From Eledone cirrhosa (Eukaryota), in assembly GCA_964016885.1 (NCBI GenBank), contig OZ024746.1, forward strand, positions 45,880,001 through 45,944,000: a stretch of DNA of 64,000 nt, written 5' to 3'. The first letter of the stretch is position 1, and each line of letters opens with the position of its first letter. A model generated the notes under the pieces. The model searched no databases, was not told where the DNA came from, and saw only the letters and a program-made list of their open reading frames with translations. Below are positions 1-12,247 of the stretch, one piece after another. Made by a program: the position numbers and the translations under genes.

Positions 1-168
1 ATTTCACTGTGTTACATGGTAAATTAGATTTTGTATTTCACTGTGCTACATTGCAAATTATGTGCAGTATTTAACTGTTCTACATGGTAAATTAAGTGCT
101 GCATTTCACTGTAATACATGCTAAAATATGTGCAGTATTTCACTGATACATGGTAAAATATGTGCTGT
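1..168. repeat. Degenerate 34-bp minisatellite (about 5 units, decaying further to ~300)
   Basis: Units of the form ATTTCACTGT.NTACATGGTAAATTA...GT start at 1, 35, 69, 103 and 137. Confidence 0.8.
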
Positions 169-2662
169 ATTTAGTAGTGCTGTATTTATAATTCTGTATG
201 AGATTGGTATAGTAAATCTGGTAGTGATATATGGTACATTTTATGCAGTATTTAGTTGTGCTATAGTTATAATTCCATGTGAGAAGGCCGTAGTAATATA
301 TGCTAGAACTATATTTGTGTAGATGTACAAATCAACTATTTTCCAAATCTTTTTTTTTTTAATAAAGGAGAAGAGATGTTATGCTATTTCATTAATTTTA
401 GTTTTCATTATTTTAACATTTTGTCTTTAAGAATTTGAGTTTAAACTCAGTATTAGCATGAGATAAAGCAAGAAAGCTACCAGAAGCTTTCTTCATCCAT
501 AGATTTGTGATAGGCTCGTTTTCTTAGTTAATAGGAATTGTCACTTGATGCTTCCGTCTTGGCTACAAAAGTCAATAACTCAATATTCCAAGTGGTTTCT
601 GTGTCTGATTTACCGACTGATAATGGCAGTGGCAGTGATTGGATTGTTGTGGTTGAGAGGTGATACTGATGCAATTATTGGTAATGGTATGTTACAGATG
701 TAAGGGTAGTTTGCAGTGTGGGTGGTGGTATTGTTATGTGTGAAATAGCATTAGTTATAATAGTAAGGTGGTTGTGGTGGTGGTGGTGGGAGTTGTGTTG
801 GTGGTGGTGGGGGTTGTATTGGTGGTGGTTGTGATACTAGATATGAAGTTTCCAGTAATATTGAGGTGAGTGGGTAATGATAGTGATGCTGATGTTGATG
901 TAGTTTGAATGTTGTTGTTGTTATTTTCCCCTCACCCCACCATAATGAATCCTTTTCTCACATCCTCTTGCTTTAATTGATCAATGCTTTTAGATGTTCA
1001 ACTGGATTCTTAGTTCTCATACCTGTTTCACAAGTTTATATTATACATCCATTGTTCCACTTCTGTTGCTGCATCCTTTCAACCTTTACTATTCATGTTT
1101 TACTCTAATATAACATCAAAACTCTGATATCAACATGTAATATATCTGTTGTATAAAGAGATTGTAATAAAATAAAAGAACATGGGACCATATGGGAAAA
1201 CTTCTCTTGAATTCAAACAATATAAATGATCTAATTAAATATATTTCTATTTCATGTTTAATATCTGTTAGTTATTGATATACTCCTCTGTAAAGGAATT
1301 GTTCTCACATAAATGTTTAATAGTTAGAAGTAGGAAAGTTATAAAGCAATTTGACTGGTAATATTGAGGAAGATTTTTGGCACACATGAAACTGATAGAT
1401 ATACATATGCATAGACACAAAATGCTTCTGCTTCAAAGAGATTACTTGTCTGTTCAGTATTTGTTACTGTATATTATATTCTCACAATGTTAAAGATTTA
1501 TACCGACAAACAGTATTGCTTGCATGAATTCCTTCTATAATAAATTCTGGTACTTTTTATCTCAGAATTAATATAATAGAGAAATAAATGCCATAGTATA
1601 TACTGCTCTTGCACCTCTCTTTTCTACTGCACACATCTTGTGTGTATCATTATTACATTCTCATTTAACCCACACACATATTCTCTCTCATTTGCTCATT
1701 TATATTCAGTAATACCCTGCTTAACACTATCCCATTTGTACTGATTTGCTTTAGCATTCACATTTCTTGCAGACAATATTTTAAGTGAGATAGCACTGCA
1801 CCATTTTAATAATCATAGGTTTCATACTTATGCACACTAGAGAGGTTGTCACACATGACACAACTGAAGAGACCTCTCAACCATTTTTAAACATGGTTTC
1901 TACAGCAGGGTGCCCTTCTCGTCACCAATCACCTAACAGGTGTATCAGATGCATTTTCATGATACCAATGCTAGAGAGGTTATTGGTCTTTGTAGCAACA
2001 GAAGAGCCCTCTCTACTTTGTGGAGGGGTTTGGTGGGAGCTATAGAACAGAGATAAATATGAAGTTGTGGGAAGTGTAGTATGATTTAATAGAGCAGTAA
2101 GTGGAGAAGAGGAAGACATGACTTTTGATAAGATGAGAAGGTGAGAACATCAAAATAGAGATAGTGATGGTGGGGGTGGGGTGGATGGTTTGGTTAATAG
2201 TGTGGGGTGGGGATAGCACTCACCAGGGCTGGGAAAAGAAAGTATAGTGATGGAGAGAATAGCTAAGGAGTGATGGTGGAGAGGGCATGATTGGGGTGCA
2301 TAGAGGTGAAGAGAGTATATAAGGGCTTTAGAATATATAAGGGTGATACAGAGAGTATCTAAGGGCTTTAGAAGTAGTAAATATTGGATGGGGCATGGAT
2401 GGGGTGGGGGTGTGTAGTGATGGTGAGGAACATCTTCAGGTACTTAGAAGAAGATAGTTCAGAAACATTCACAATAAGCCAACAAGTTGAGGCTGCTTTA
2501 CAGATTCAAATGATAGTAAAATTTCTCATCACTTTGTTTCTCATCACTACTGCAAATGTAGGAACACAAGGGACCAAGAAATGTCCCAGGTTCTTAATAT
2601 TATTAAGCATAACAACATTTCCCCCCTTATTCATATTCAACATAGTTGAAGCACCCCTTTTC

Positions 2663-3284
2663 TAGGAAATAATGGTTTCAAATTTAGTCACAAGGCCAGC
2701 AATATTGGAGGAGGTGTAAGTCAATTAAATCGACCCCAGTGTGTGACTAGTACTTTATTTCATTGACCCCATAAAGATGAAAGGCAAAGCTAACCTCGAC
2801 AGGAATTGAACACAGAATGCAAAGGCCCATAACTCAAAGCAGGGTGTCTGACAGTCTACAATACTACCAATCCACTTCCCTAGAAAATAATTGTTTCTAC
2901 ATTTGGCACAAGGCCAGCAATTATCCCAGTACATTATAGGTACTTTATTTTATCGACTCCGTAAGGATGAAAGGCAAAGTTAACCTCAGTGGGATTTGAA
3001 CTTAGACCATAAAGGACCGTAACTCTATGCTGGAAAGCATGGTGTCCGACCCTCTACTGATACTGCCAATCCCCCGCCTAGAAAATAATTGTTTCTACTC
3101 TTGGCACAAGGCCAGCAATTACCCAGTACATTACTGGTACTTTATTTTATTGACCCCGTAAGGATGAAAGGCAAAGTCAACCTCGGTGGGATTTGAACTC
3201 AGATCGTAAAGGGACTTAACTATGCTGAAAAGCATGGTGTCCGACCCTCCACCGATACTGCCAATCCACCGCCTAGAAAATAAT
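2663..3284 (-). mobile_element. Three head-to-tail copies of tRNA-derived SINE family A
   Basis: The minus strand reads GGCGGTGGATTGGCAGTATCGG (A box) ... GAGTTCAAATCCC (B box) ... TTTGCCTTTCATCCTTACGGGGTC.ATAAAATAAAGTACCAG ... AGAAACAATTATT. Copies are separated and flanked by TAG(G/A)AAATAAT at 2663, 2881, 3079 and 3274. Confidence 0.9.
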
Positions 3285-3859
3285 GCTGTCTTGCATGCTG
3301 ATCTCCTGAGAATGAAAAAGGCTCCTTTTACCAAGACCATTTACTTTATTACTTAGCAGGAGGCTTCAAGCTTTCAGAAATGCTGCATTTAATGAGAGAA
3401 ATATAATAAATACATCTGCCTGTGATTTGGAAATCAAACAAGAAGACCTGAGTGTCAATAAAAATTTTCATTTTCACACAGTGGTATTTTTCATACTCTT
3501 TTCTGTTGGTGATTGATAATACTGCTGACTATACCTTTAAAATCAATATTCTTCAAACTTGCATTTCTTAGAACCAAATGTCACTTCTTTATTCTAGTGT
3601 GTAGTTTCTAATATCAAAAGCGGCTACCTTCATCAGTCTTCTAAAAAAAACCAAAAAAACTTGTTGATGCAACTAATCATCATGATAAATAATCTATCAA
3701 AGACCTTTGGTAAATATACAATCTCATGAAGGTCATAAATAATACTAAAGAATCTTGGTATAGTGTAACTGAGAACTGTGCGAGAAGGGGTTTTGGAAGA
3801 AGCTCCATTCAGAAGCATGTAATGACATCCTGGTATTTGACATATAAATATTACCAGCA

Positions 3860-4180
3860 TTCATTAATAACATTGCTGCGGTAGTCAATGAAAGAAGAAT
3901 GCAAAATGTTAACATAGAAAATTTGTAGGAGTTGCTAGAATTGCATAGTAAAGTTGTTTTTCTGTTGAAGAATTGTTAGTTCATCAAAATATCTCATATG
4001 ATTTTGAAAACCATATAGTACAATAGAGTTAGTGAAATCAGAAAGAATTCTCACTCTGCAATAATTCCATCAGCAAGATTAAGGAAATCATGGACTGAGA
4101 ATTAATCTGACTGGGAGGAAAGAAAAGTAGGAAGACAAAAGGTGTTTTGTTATCCTCTTATCATGAATTGTAATAGAAGA
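3860..4180 (+). pseudogene. Possible pogo/Tigger-type transposase C-terminal relic
   Basis: Translates to INNIAAVV..NVNIENL*ELLELHS...EEL, which resembles Tigger C-terminal regions. A diverged second copy of 4027-4140 lies at 7572-7690. Confidence 0.35.
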
Positions 4181-4588
4181 CTTAAGAATACACATACGAC
4201 ATTGGGTAGAGTTTTAAAAAAATAACCAATGTCTAAAGAATGAATACAACATGGTTCCTTTACTCAGATCCCACCTCGTCTGTTCTATTTCTTATTGCTG
4301 ATTTTCAATTGGATTGATAATTAATTAATGTGTACTCATGATTAAAGTTGATTAATTTAACCTGCTCATATGTTCATTATAACATTAGGCTTTAATTAAA
4401 GTTGTTTTCCAATATAATCATAATTGTAGTTCACAATGTGTAACATCACATTGTGTAAGGTTAACTAAAATTATCAAGTGATCAGCATGTTTCTTGATTT
4501 TTTTCATTCATTTTGTGAGATCAATCATATTCATCTGCATCTGTGCAACTGCTAAATATAGCCTACAAAAGGTGAACAGTAAGAAGGG

Positions 4589-4593
<5 letters not shown>

Positions 4594-4669
<76 letters not shown>
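4594..4669. repeat. (GA)n microsatellite
   Basis: Direct reading; it explains the ER- and SL-rich ORFs at 4494-4827. Confidence 0.95.
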
Positions 4670-4676
<7 letters not shown>

Positions 4677-5610
4677 TTGAGATTAAGTGAGGGAGAAAGA
4701 TATTTGAAAAATAGAGAGAGAGATGATATACAAAGGGAGACTGTTGCAGATGTAAAATAGTGATACACAATATTATTGAGGAAATATTTTGTGTGTCAGC
4801 ATTTAAGCAGTACCAAGCTATATACAAAAACTAGGAAAATATATGGGATTTTCAAAGCTATTATTTATAGCAATGGACTGACTGCTGTTATTTTCTGCAT
4901 TTGGGATTCCTACATATTTTATATGAATTTCAAATCACCCAGCATCATGACAGTTTGTATAAAAGGTTGTTTACATCCAAAACCATACAGTATAGCTGTC
5001 TAATTCAGATAGAGAATGTTGCCAGAGGTCCCTTAGTTCAACAGTTAAAGCACTTAGCTGTAATTCAAGAGACATGGAGCTTGATTCTCCATAGAAGCTT
5101 GTAGTCACTTTTTTTACAGACCATAGCAGTATTTTACCTGATTTTCTAAGCTATCATTTATAGCAATCGATTATTGTTACAGTTATTTTGTGCATTTGGG
5201 ATTCCTACATTTTCTAAATGCATTTTAAATTACGCTGTACCTTGACAGTTTAACAGGTTATATATATGTAAATATATATATATGTATGAAGTATTGATTG
5301 TTTTGCTTGTATCTCATGTCTGATTTTGCCTGAGAAAATACATCTATGTGTGTATAAATAATACATACATATATTTATTTTTTTAATATCCAAATGAGTT
5401 CTTCATCCGTGGTTAAAATTCATGACAGAATTAATTGACCTGCGTATATATTTTATGTTTTACGATGACCTCCCCTTCCCGTTTGGGGACAGCGTGAACT
5501 TTCTTTTTGAGACTGCTGGAATTTCAAATTTGGCGGTCATTCTAGAACTGACGGGGACCATCGCTGAATATTAATATCAGTATGGTTTTTTATATTGATA
5601 TTGCTGGGCA

Positions 5611-5733
5611 TCCACTGATGAGTTATAAGTGCCCACCTGTATGTATACCTATGGACTATATGCAGGCTTCTACATAACCTGGACATTATTTTCCCAATCT
5701 GTAGAAAACTTATAACGAAACGATCGTTTGGGA
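5611..5733 (+). ncRNA. Minimal type I hammerhead ribozyme-like motif with long stem II loop
   Basis: CCA-CTGATGA-GTTATAAGT(5622-5630)...ACTTATAAC(5708-5716)-GAAA-CGATCG-TT-TGG. Stem II is a perfect 9-bp pair, stem III is palindromic, the triplet is GUU, and stem I is CCA/TGG. Confidence 0.7.
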
Positions 5734-5970
5734 GGAGAGATGTATTTAATTATGTCTCATATAAAATAATACAGCCGGCTATCTGCAAAATACAATATAG
5801 TTAGCACCCCAAACATATAATTAGGGTTATACTCAGGTATATCCTAATGTTTGTTGAGTGAGATGGATGTCGGTCGGAGTATTGCTTAAAGCTTTCTCTG
5901 TTAATGTGTTAAGTATATATATATATATATATTGAAGGGATAACAAGGACTATATATATATATATATATA

Positions 5971-7067
5971 AGTAGGAGTACATCAGGGTTCAGTCCTCAG
6001 CCCACTCTTGTTCATTATAGTCCTCCAAGCCATAACAGAAGAGTTTAAGACTGGCTGTCCATGGGAACTTATCTATGCTGATGATCTGGTTCTTTTAGCA
6101 GAATCAGTAGAGGAGCTAGAGAATAAATTCTGGCTATGGAAACAGCAGTTGGAATTAAGAGGACTGAGAGTGAACCTAGCTAAGACAAAAGTGTTGATGA
6201 GTAGAAAAGAACACAACATTCTGATTCCGTCAGGGAAATGACCATGTTTGATATGCAGAAAAGGAACTGGCATACATTCTATAAAATGTACACAATGCAG
6301 ATTATGAGTACCCAAGAGATGTAGTGGGATAGCAGGTAAACTAACAGGTAGGGAGAAATACGTATGCAGTAGATGTACAGGGAAATTTGACAGTAGAAGT
6401 CGCATTGATAGACACATTTTTCAAATGCAGGTGGGTGCTATAGAAGTGGTTGATAGCTTCCGGTACCTAGGGGATCAGATTAGCATGGGAGGGGGTGTTC
6501 CGAGGCCATAGTATCTAGAATAAGGACAGGTTGGAAGAAATTTAGGGAGCTGCTTCCTCTGCTGACGAAGAAGGGTTTCTCCCTGCGTATGAAAGGCCAG
6601 TTGTATGATGCCTGTGTGAGGTGCACAATGCTGCATGGTAGTGAGACATGGGCAGCAACTACAGGATTTGCAATGGCTGGAGAGAAATGAAGCAATCATG
6701 CTCCATTGGATGTGCAATGTCAATGTGCGTGAACGACCAAGCATGGATGTGTTGAGAGAGAAACTGTGTCTGAGAGGGATAAATTGTAGTGTGCGGGAGA
6801 GGAGACTGTGATGGTATGGACATGTGATGCACATGGAGGATGTCTGATGGGTGAAGAAGTGCCAAGAAATGCCAGTTGAAGGAAGACGTAGTAGACGAAG
6901 ACCAGGAAAAACATGGGCGGAGGTGGTGAGAGCAGACTTGAGATTACTGAAGCTCACGGTGGAGATGACGAAGGACCGTGACAAGTGGAGAGATACGGTG
7001 CTGAATAGGACCCATCCCACCCTTGCAAGCAGGGAAAAGCGGACGTAAAATGATGATGATGATGATG
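5971..7067 (+). mobile_element. 5'-truncated RTE-clade LINE (RT C-terminal half plus 3' tail), disrupted
   Basis: VGVHQGSVLSPLLF..ELIYADDLV; F.YLG motif; WYGHV; EGRRSRRRPGKTW. Tail is CCCTTGCAAGCAGGGAAAAGCGGACGTAAAA(TGA)n. Internal stops; inserted in (TA)n. Confidence 0.93.
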
Positions 7068-7086
7068 ATATATATATATATATACA

Positions 7087-7160
7087 GAGAAGAAGAAGAA
7101 GAAGAAGAAGAAGAAGATGAAGAAGAAGAAGAAGAATGAGGAGAAGAATGTGTAGAAGAA
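7087..7160. repeat. (GAA)n microsatellite
   Basis: Direct reading. Confidence 0.9.
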
Positions 7161-7712
7161 GATAGTGTGTTGAAAGCATCAACAAAACACTGTTAAACTA
7201 AGGAAGATGAATGTTTCCTGAATCTAGGTAAACCAGAGCATGCTATTATTTCAAGACCTAATCAGTTTATCAATTTTTCCTGACATATCATTTGTCAAAA
7301 ACAATGACTTTACTGAAAACAAATCAGTCTTACCATTGAAAAATTCCTTTATTTATTTTTTTACTTGCCTTCTATTATCACTCTTGTGTCTGTGAGATTT
7401 CAGGCTTCAATGTGCAAAGAATGATCATTATTACTGTTTGCTGTCATTGAAAATGTTGGCTTTAACATATTAACTCTTAGAAAGCTGCTTGAAATTATAT
7501 TCAAAGAAGAATGAATTGCAATTTATACATTCTACTGTATGAGGTACATTATCCATACTGTACAGTAGAGCGAGCTAGTGATATCAGAAAGAATCACTCT
7601 GCAATAATTGCATCAGCAAGATTAAGGAAATCATGGACAGTTCACTGAGAGTTACTCTGATTGGGAATAAAGAAAAGTAGCAAGACAAAAAAAAAAAATA
7701 ATAATAATAAAT

Positions 7713-8750
7713 TGCTACAAAGGCAAAGGTGAAGCTCTATAGAGCATCACCTTTGGAGCAGCTAAAGAGGAATAAAAATAATGGACCAAGTTATGAAAGT
7801 TCCCAAAAGAGTTATAGTGCATCTAATTAGGGAAAGAGTCAAAATAATGAGGCAACTAAAAGAGAAGTTCCTAGCCAAAAAGAAATCACTATATTCAACT
7901 TTTGTTGATTTAGAGAAGGCCTTTAACAGAGTATCTCGATCTATTATCTGGTGGTTTTTAAGGAAATTAGGTGTAGAAGGATGGCTTGTGAGAGCAGCGC
8001 AAGCTATGTATAGAGTAGCTGTCAGTAAAATGTGAGTAGGAAATGAGTTTAGTTAGGAATTCAAGGTACAGGTAGGAGTTCATCAAGGTTCAGTTCTTAG
8101 CCCACTGCTGTTCATCATAGTTCTTCAGGCCATAACAGAGGAGTTTAAAATAGGCTGCCCATGGGAACTTCTCTATGCAAATGATTTGGTCCTTATAGCT
8201 GAAACAAAAAAAAAGCTAGAAAATTAATTCCACTTATGGAAACTGAATTTGCAATCAAAAGGTCTGAGAGTAAACTTAGCCAAACCTAAAGTACTAGTGA
8301 GTAGGAGAGAAGATAGGACCCAGATTCCCCCAGGGAAGTGGCCATGCTCAATATGTAGAAAAGGGGTATGCATGAACTCCATACAATGTACACAATGTAA
8401 ATCTTGGGTATACAAAAGATGTTGTGGGATAATGAGTAGACTAATAGGAATGGAGAACTTTGCTTGTAGAAGATGCACAGGAGAAATCGAGAGGAAGACT
8501 GCTAATGATATAAACCTTTTCCCATCACAAGAAGGAGCCATAGATGTCGTTGATAACTTCTACTATCTAGGTGACCTAATTAGCAGCAGAGGAGGGTGTG
8601 CCAAAAGTATAATAGCTAGAATAAGGCTAGGATGGCAGAAGTTTAGAGAACTGCTCCCACTGCTGACAATAAAAGGTTTCTCCCTATGTACAAAAGGAAG
8701 GCTATATGATGCCTCTGTGCAGTGCTTAATGCTACATAGTAGTGAAGTAG
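7713..8750 (+). mobile_element. RTE-clade LINE RT fragment, same family as 5971-7067
   Basis: CYKGKG; FVDLEKAFNRV; LRKLGV; VGVHQGSVLSPLLF; LYANDLV; FYYLGD. Contains stops and deletions. Confidence 0.92.
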
Positions 8751-9784
8751 CTCCAATACTATGGGCATGTGGATAGAATGTCTCGGGAAAGAATTGCTGG
8801 ACAGATTTTATGTCAAAACCAACCAGTAGGAGACTCAGAGGTAAAGAACAACGAAAATGATTGGATAACATCCATGAGCTTGGTTGGTCTCATTTGCAGG
8901 TCCAGCTGGATTAGTTGGAGACAGTTGCTTCTGATAGGACCCACTAAAATGAGTGTTTGAGAATTCTTCCCCCAATAACCTCTCAGGAATAAGTGGGTGA
9001 AAAAGAAGAAAAAGAAGAAGGAGGAGGAGGTGTGGAAGAAGATTTAAATAAAATAAAATAACAAACTGTGTCTCATAGAATCAGACACATTTTAATGTGG
9101 GTTATCACCAATATCTTTCACTATCTTTAGCTTTTATCCAGGGAAAAGCAGACGTAAAATGATGATGATGATGATTTTCTTTCAGTTCCAGGTTTACATA
9201 TACCAAGAAAACATGGTAGATGGCATTCCAGTGATTTATTACAAACAGAATATATCTAGAACTACATTATCTGATGTATAACTTTTAAAGAAAGCAGGGT
9301 GTGACCTAAGGAAGATTTTACTGTATCTTGTAGGTCAATCATTCCCCCATTGAATATATTGAATATATTGAATTGTTCATGAATTTGCATATTCTCCTTA
9401 TACTCAAGCCATGCTAATCTCCTCCATATAACTCCAATTTTAGTATATATCATACCCAATAAATAAAGGTACATGCCTTCTCACACTCATAACAACATAG
9501 AAAAATTCATCCGGTTAGTGACAGCTGGAAAGCATTTTCCATAATAAAACTTTCCTGAAGATGTCATTTCTGTTAGCATGTGTGAAATATTTGAAATTAT
9601 GTACCATGAAAATAGACATGAGAAATAGTTGAATGCTTATATTATTATTCCTAATATATATGCTAGCAGGGAAAATGGCTGTTAAATGATAATATATTAT
9701 ATATGTATATATATATATATATATATGTGTGTGAGTGTGTGTGTGTGTGTATTGTTAATCAAAATAGGTGTGTTGACATGGCTA

Positions 9785-11091
9785 TGTAGTAAGACGCCTT
9801 ACGCCCCCCTGTCGGATAATGGACCAGGCCTAGTTGTCTCCCCCTGGTTGAGAACACTATTTAAGTAAGCAGCAGTATTACTTTCTCAGACAAGCCACGG
9901 AGACAGAAAACAGCAGACGGCCTTTGTACCACGAAACAGCAGACAGCCTGTGAAACCCCCGCTCACACAGCCTTACACTGGAACTTACCGTGTCTTAGCG
10001 CGCTCGGCTAAGCATTTCACTCTAGATATTAAAGGGTGCAGGGAGACAGTTACAATAGACAGGCTTAAGCAGGCACATCTGGATACAGACGTTGTGGTTC
10101 CTGATCCACGAACCCCTTCGTATTTGCCTGTTGAGCGAACGCCTGTTCCTGAACCACCATCATCGCCTGTCCCTACACCACTACCATCGCCACGTTACAA
10201 GACCACGACCCGTTCAGGTCGTAGGGTCCACTGGCCCAAAAAATTTTGCAGCACCGTCTATATTTAGACTGTGTTAGCTACACCTTTTTTTTGGCTTCTG
10301 TGTTTCTGCTTTTTTTTTTTGCCTTTTTTTTTTATGCATGCATGTTTTTTAACATTTTTCAAATCCTTATTCTGGATTTAACGATTGGTAGAGCGAATAG
10401 CTCCCCCTTGTTGCATTGTTCGCCATCTTACTCCACGTGTGAGTAATAACATCGATTTTCGATGATTTGAAAATCTGGCAGGGGTACTGTAGTAAGACGC
10501 CTTACGCCCCCTGTCGGATAATGGACCAGGCCTAGTTGTCTCCCCCTGGTTGAGAATGCTATTTAAGTAAGCAGCAGTATTACTTTCTCAGACAAGCCAC
10601 GGAGACAGCAAACAGCAGACGGCCTTTGTACCACGAAACAGCAGACAGCCTTTGGACCACCAGATCACACAGATGTCAATACACTGAACTCCTATGCTGA
10701 AGCCACAAGGATAGTGTTGGCCGAGCACTGGCTCATAACTGATTTCACATTACTGGTCCCGTCACATTGGTGACCCAGATGTGGGCATTACATTGGTGAT
10801 CCACGACAATTGTAATACGTTGCCTTCATTTCAACTGATCACGTCTATATTGGTATGTTGTTTCATTTGTAATATAACAAACACATAATAGACAAAATAA
10901 ACATCATCCTTATTTACATTGTTGAATAGAACTCTCGTTGTGGTTATTATCTTGTCTACACACACACCCACTCACTTGTTATAATTCTATGGAGTACCTA
11001 TCCTCTCACTTACGAAAATGGTAAATAGACGAGGGACTTTCCCTCACGTCTATATTGATAAACTATCCAACAAGGATTTTTCATTACCATA
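9785..11091 (+). mobile_element. Internally deleted Gypsy/Ty3 LTR retrotransposon
   Basis: 5' LTR stub 9785-9949 is near-identical to the start of the 3' LTR (10488-11091, TGTAGTAA...TTACCATA). A purine tract GGCAGGGG lies before the 3' LTR. A 4-bp TSD GCTA is at 9781-9784 and 11092-11095. Confidence 0.88.
9950..10267 (+). pseudogene. Gypsy integrase C-terminus (GPY/F module)
   Basis: KPPLTQPYTGTYRVLAR..KHFTLDIKG..ETVTIDRLKQAH, followed by a Pro-rich linker and TRSGR. Confidence 0.88.
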
Positions 11092-11281
11092 GCTATATAT
11101 AAATATAGTATCAACAAAAAATGCACTGTTATTTCATCAGCTACCTTGCTGGCAGAGCATCTTCACACATTAGGGTGAAACTATTCTTATTATGCCAGTT
11201 TTCACAACAGAACAAGGCCTGCTATGTTGGTGAGACAAAAAATAGACAGCAAAAATGGGTGTCTTTCATCTGAAGGGGATA

Positions 11282-11850
11282 CAAGGTACACTCAAGAGGT
11301 TTTGAGACTTTTATCAGAGAGACATTTATTTAATTCATATCAACACAAAACTCTAGTCCCCATCAAAGTAGGATCCTCCAACTTCAATGCACTTGTTGTA
11401 GCACTCCAACCACTTCTGGAAAGCCCCCGCTTCCTGTAGTCCTCCAAAGTAAAGGTGTCCAGCCTGCTTCATCTCCTCCACATCCTCAAAGCAAATGTCC
11501 CTGAGTTTCTTCTTCAGCTTTGGGAATATCCAGAAGTCACATGAGGCTAAGTCAGGACTGTAAGAAGGATGATGGACAGTCTTGATCCCATATTGGTCAA
11601 GTAGTTGGTCACTAGGATGTAATTTTGGCAGGAGGCTTTGTCCTGTTACAGGTGCCACTGACCAGATTTGACGAGTTCTGGTTTCTTGAGATGAAATCTC
11701 TTTCTGGACTGGCATAAAACCTCTATAGTAGTCTTTGTTGACTGTCTGGCCATGAGGGACCCAGTCGATGTAGATGATGCCCTTGCTGTCGAAGAAAGGG
11801 GTCATCATGAGCTTCCCAGTGAACCTACTTTGTTGGGCCATCTTTTCCCT
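11282..11850 (-). mobile_element. Mariner (Tc1/mariner) transposase C-terminal relic with one terminus
   Basis: FFDSKGIIYIDWVPHGQTVNKDYY; HPSYSPDLASCDFWIFPKLK; KCIEVGGSYFDGD. Frameshifted, with a TA-flanked end near 11280. Confidence 0.9.
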
Positions 11851-12185
11851 GGGGATAAAAATTATTTTTACTGCAGTTTCAAAGAATAATGGAAAGCCTT
11901 TCAATATATTGATATGGTCATCGTTAACAGAAGGATTTCTATTCAGAGAATTTTCTGTGTAGTTTAAGAAAATAATAACTATATACCTGTTAACAGTATC
12001 ATTTACTGCTCCCCATATGGTGAGCTGATAGTCTATATTGATTGCTATTTCTAGTGGCAGTTTAGACTCGTGACTTTGTCGTCTGTATATATGAATATTT
12101 ACCTTGTTGATAGATCTACACATGCATACAGGATTAATTTTTTCACCACGTGGGTTCAATGAAGAATGAACACACTTCTATTAAC

Positions 12186-12247
<62 letters not shown>

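Noticed and set aside
1-300. Regular ~34-bp repeats as a CRISPR array
   Set aside because: Units are contiguous and degenerate with no unique spacers, there are no cas genes, and the context is eukaryotic.
4494-4827. ORFs rich in ER/SL, and the many IY/YI/CV-rich ORFs elsewhere
   Set aside because: They are translations of (GA)n, (TA)n and (TG)n microsatellites.
6475-7185. 236-aa minus-strand ORF
   Set aside because: It is the antisense of the RTE LINE plus (TTC)n and (CAT)n repeats.
11353-12159. 268-aa ORF as a domesticated or fusion mariner gene
   Set aside because: The transposase part is frameshifted around the second catalytic Asp and lacks its N-terminus. The upstream part looks like an unrelated relic that is in frame by chance.
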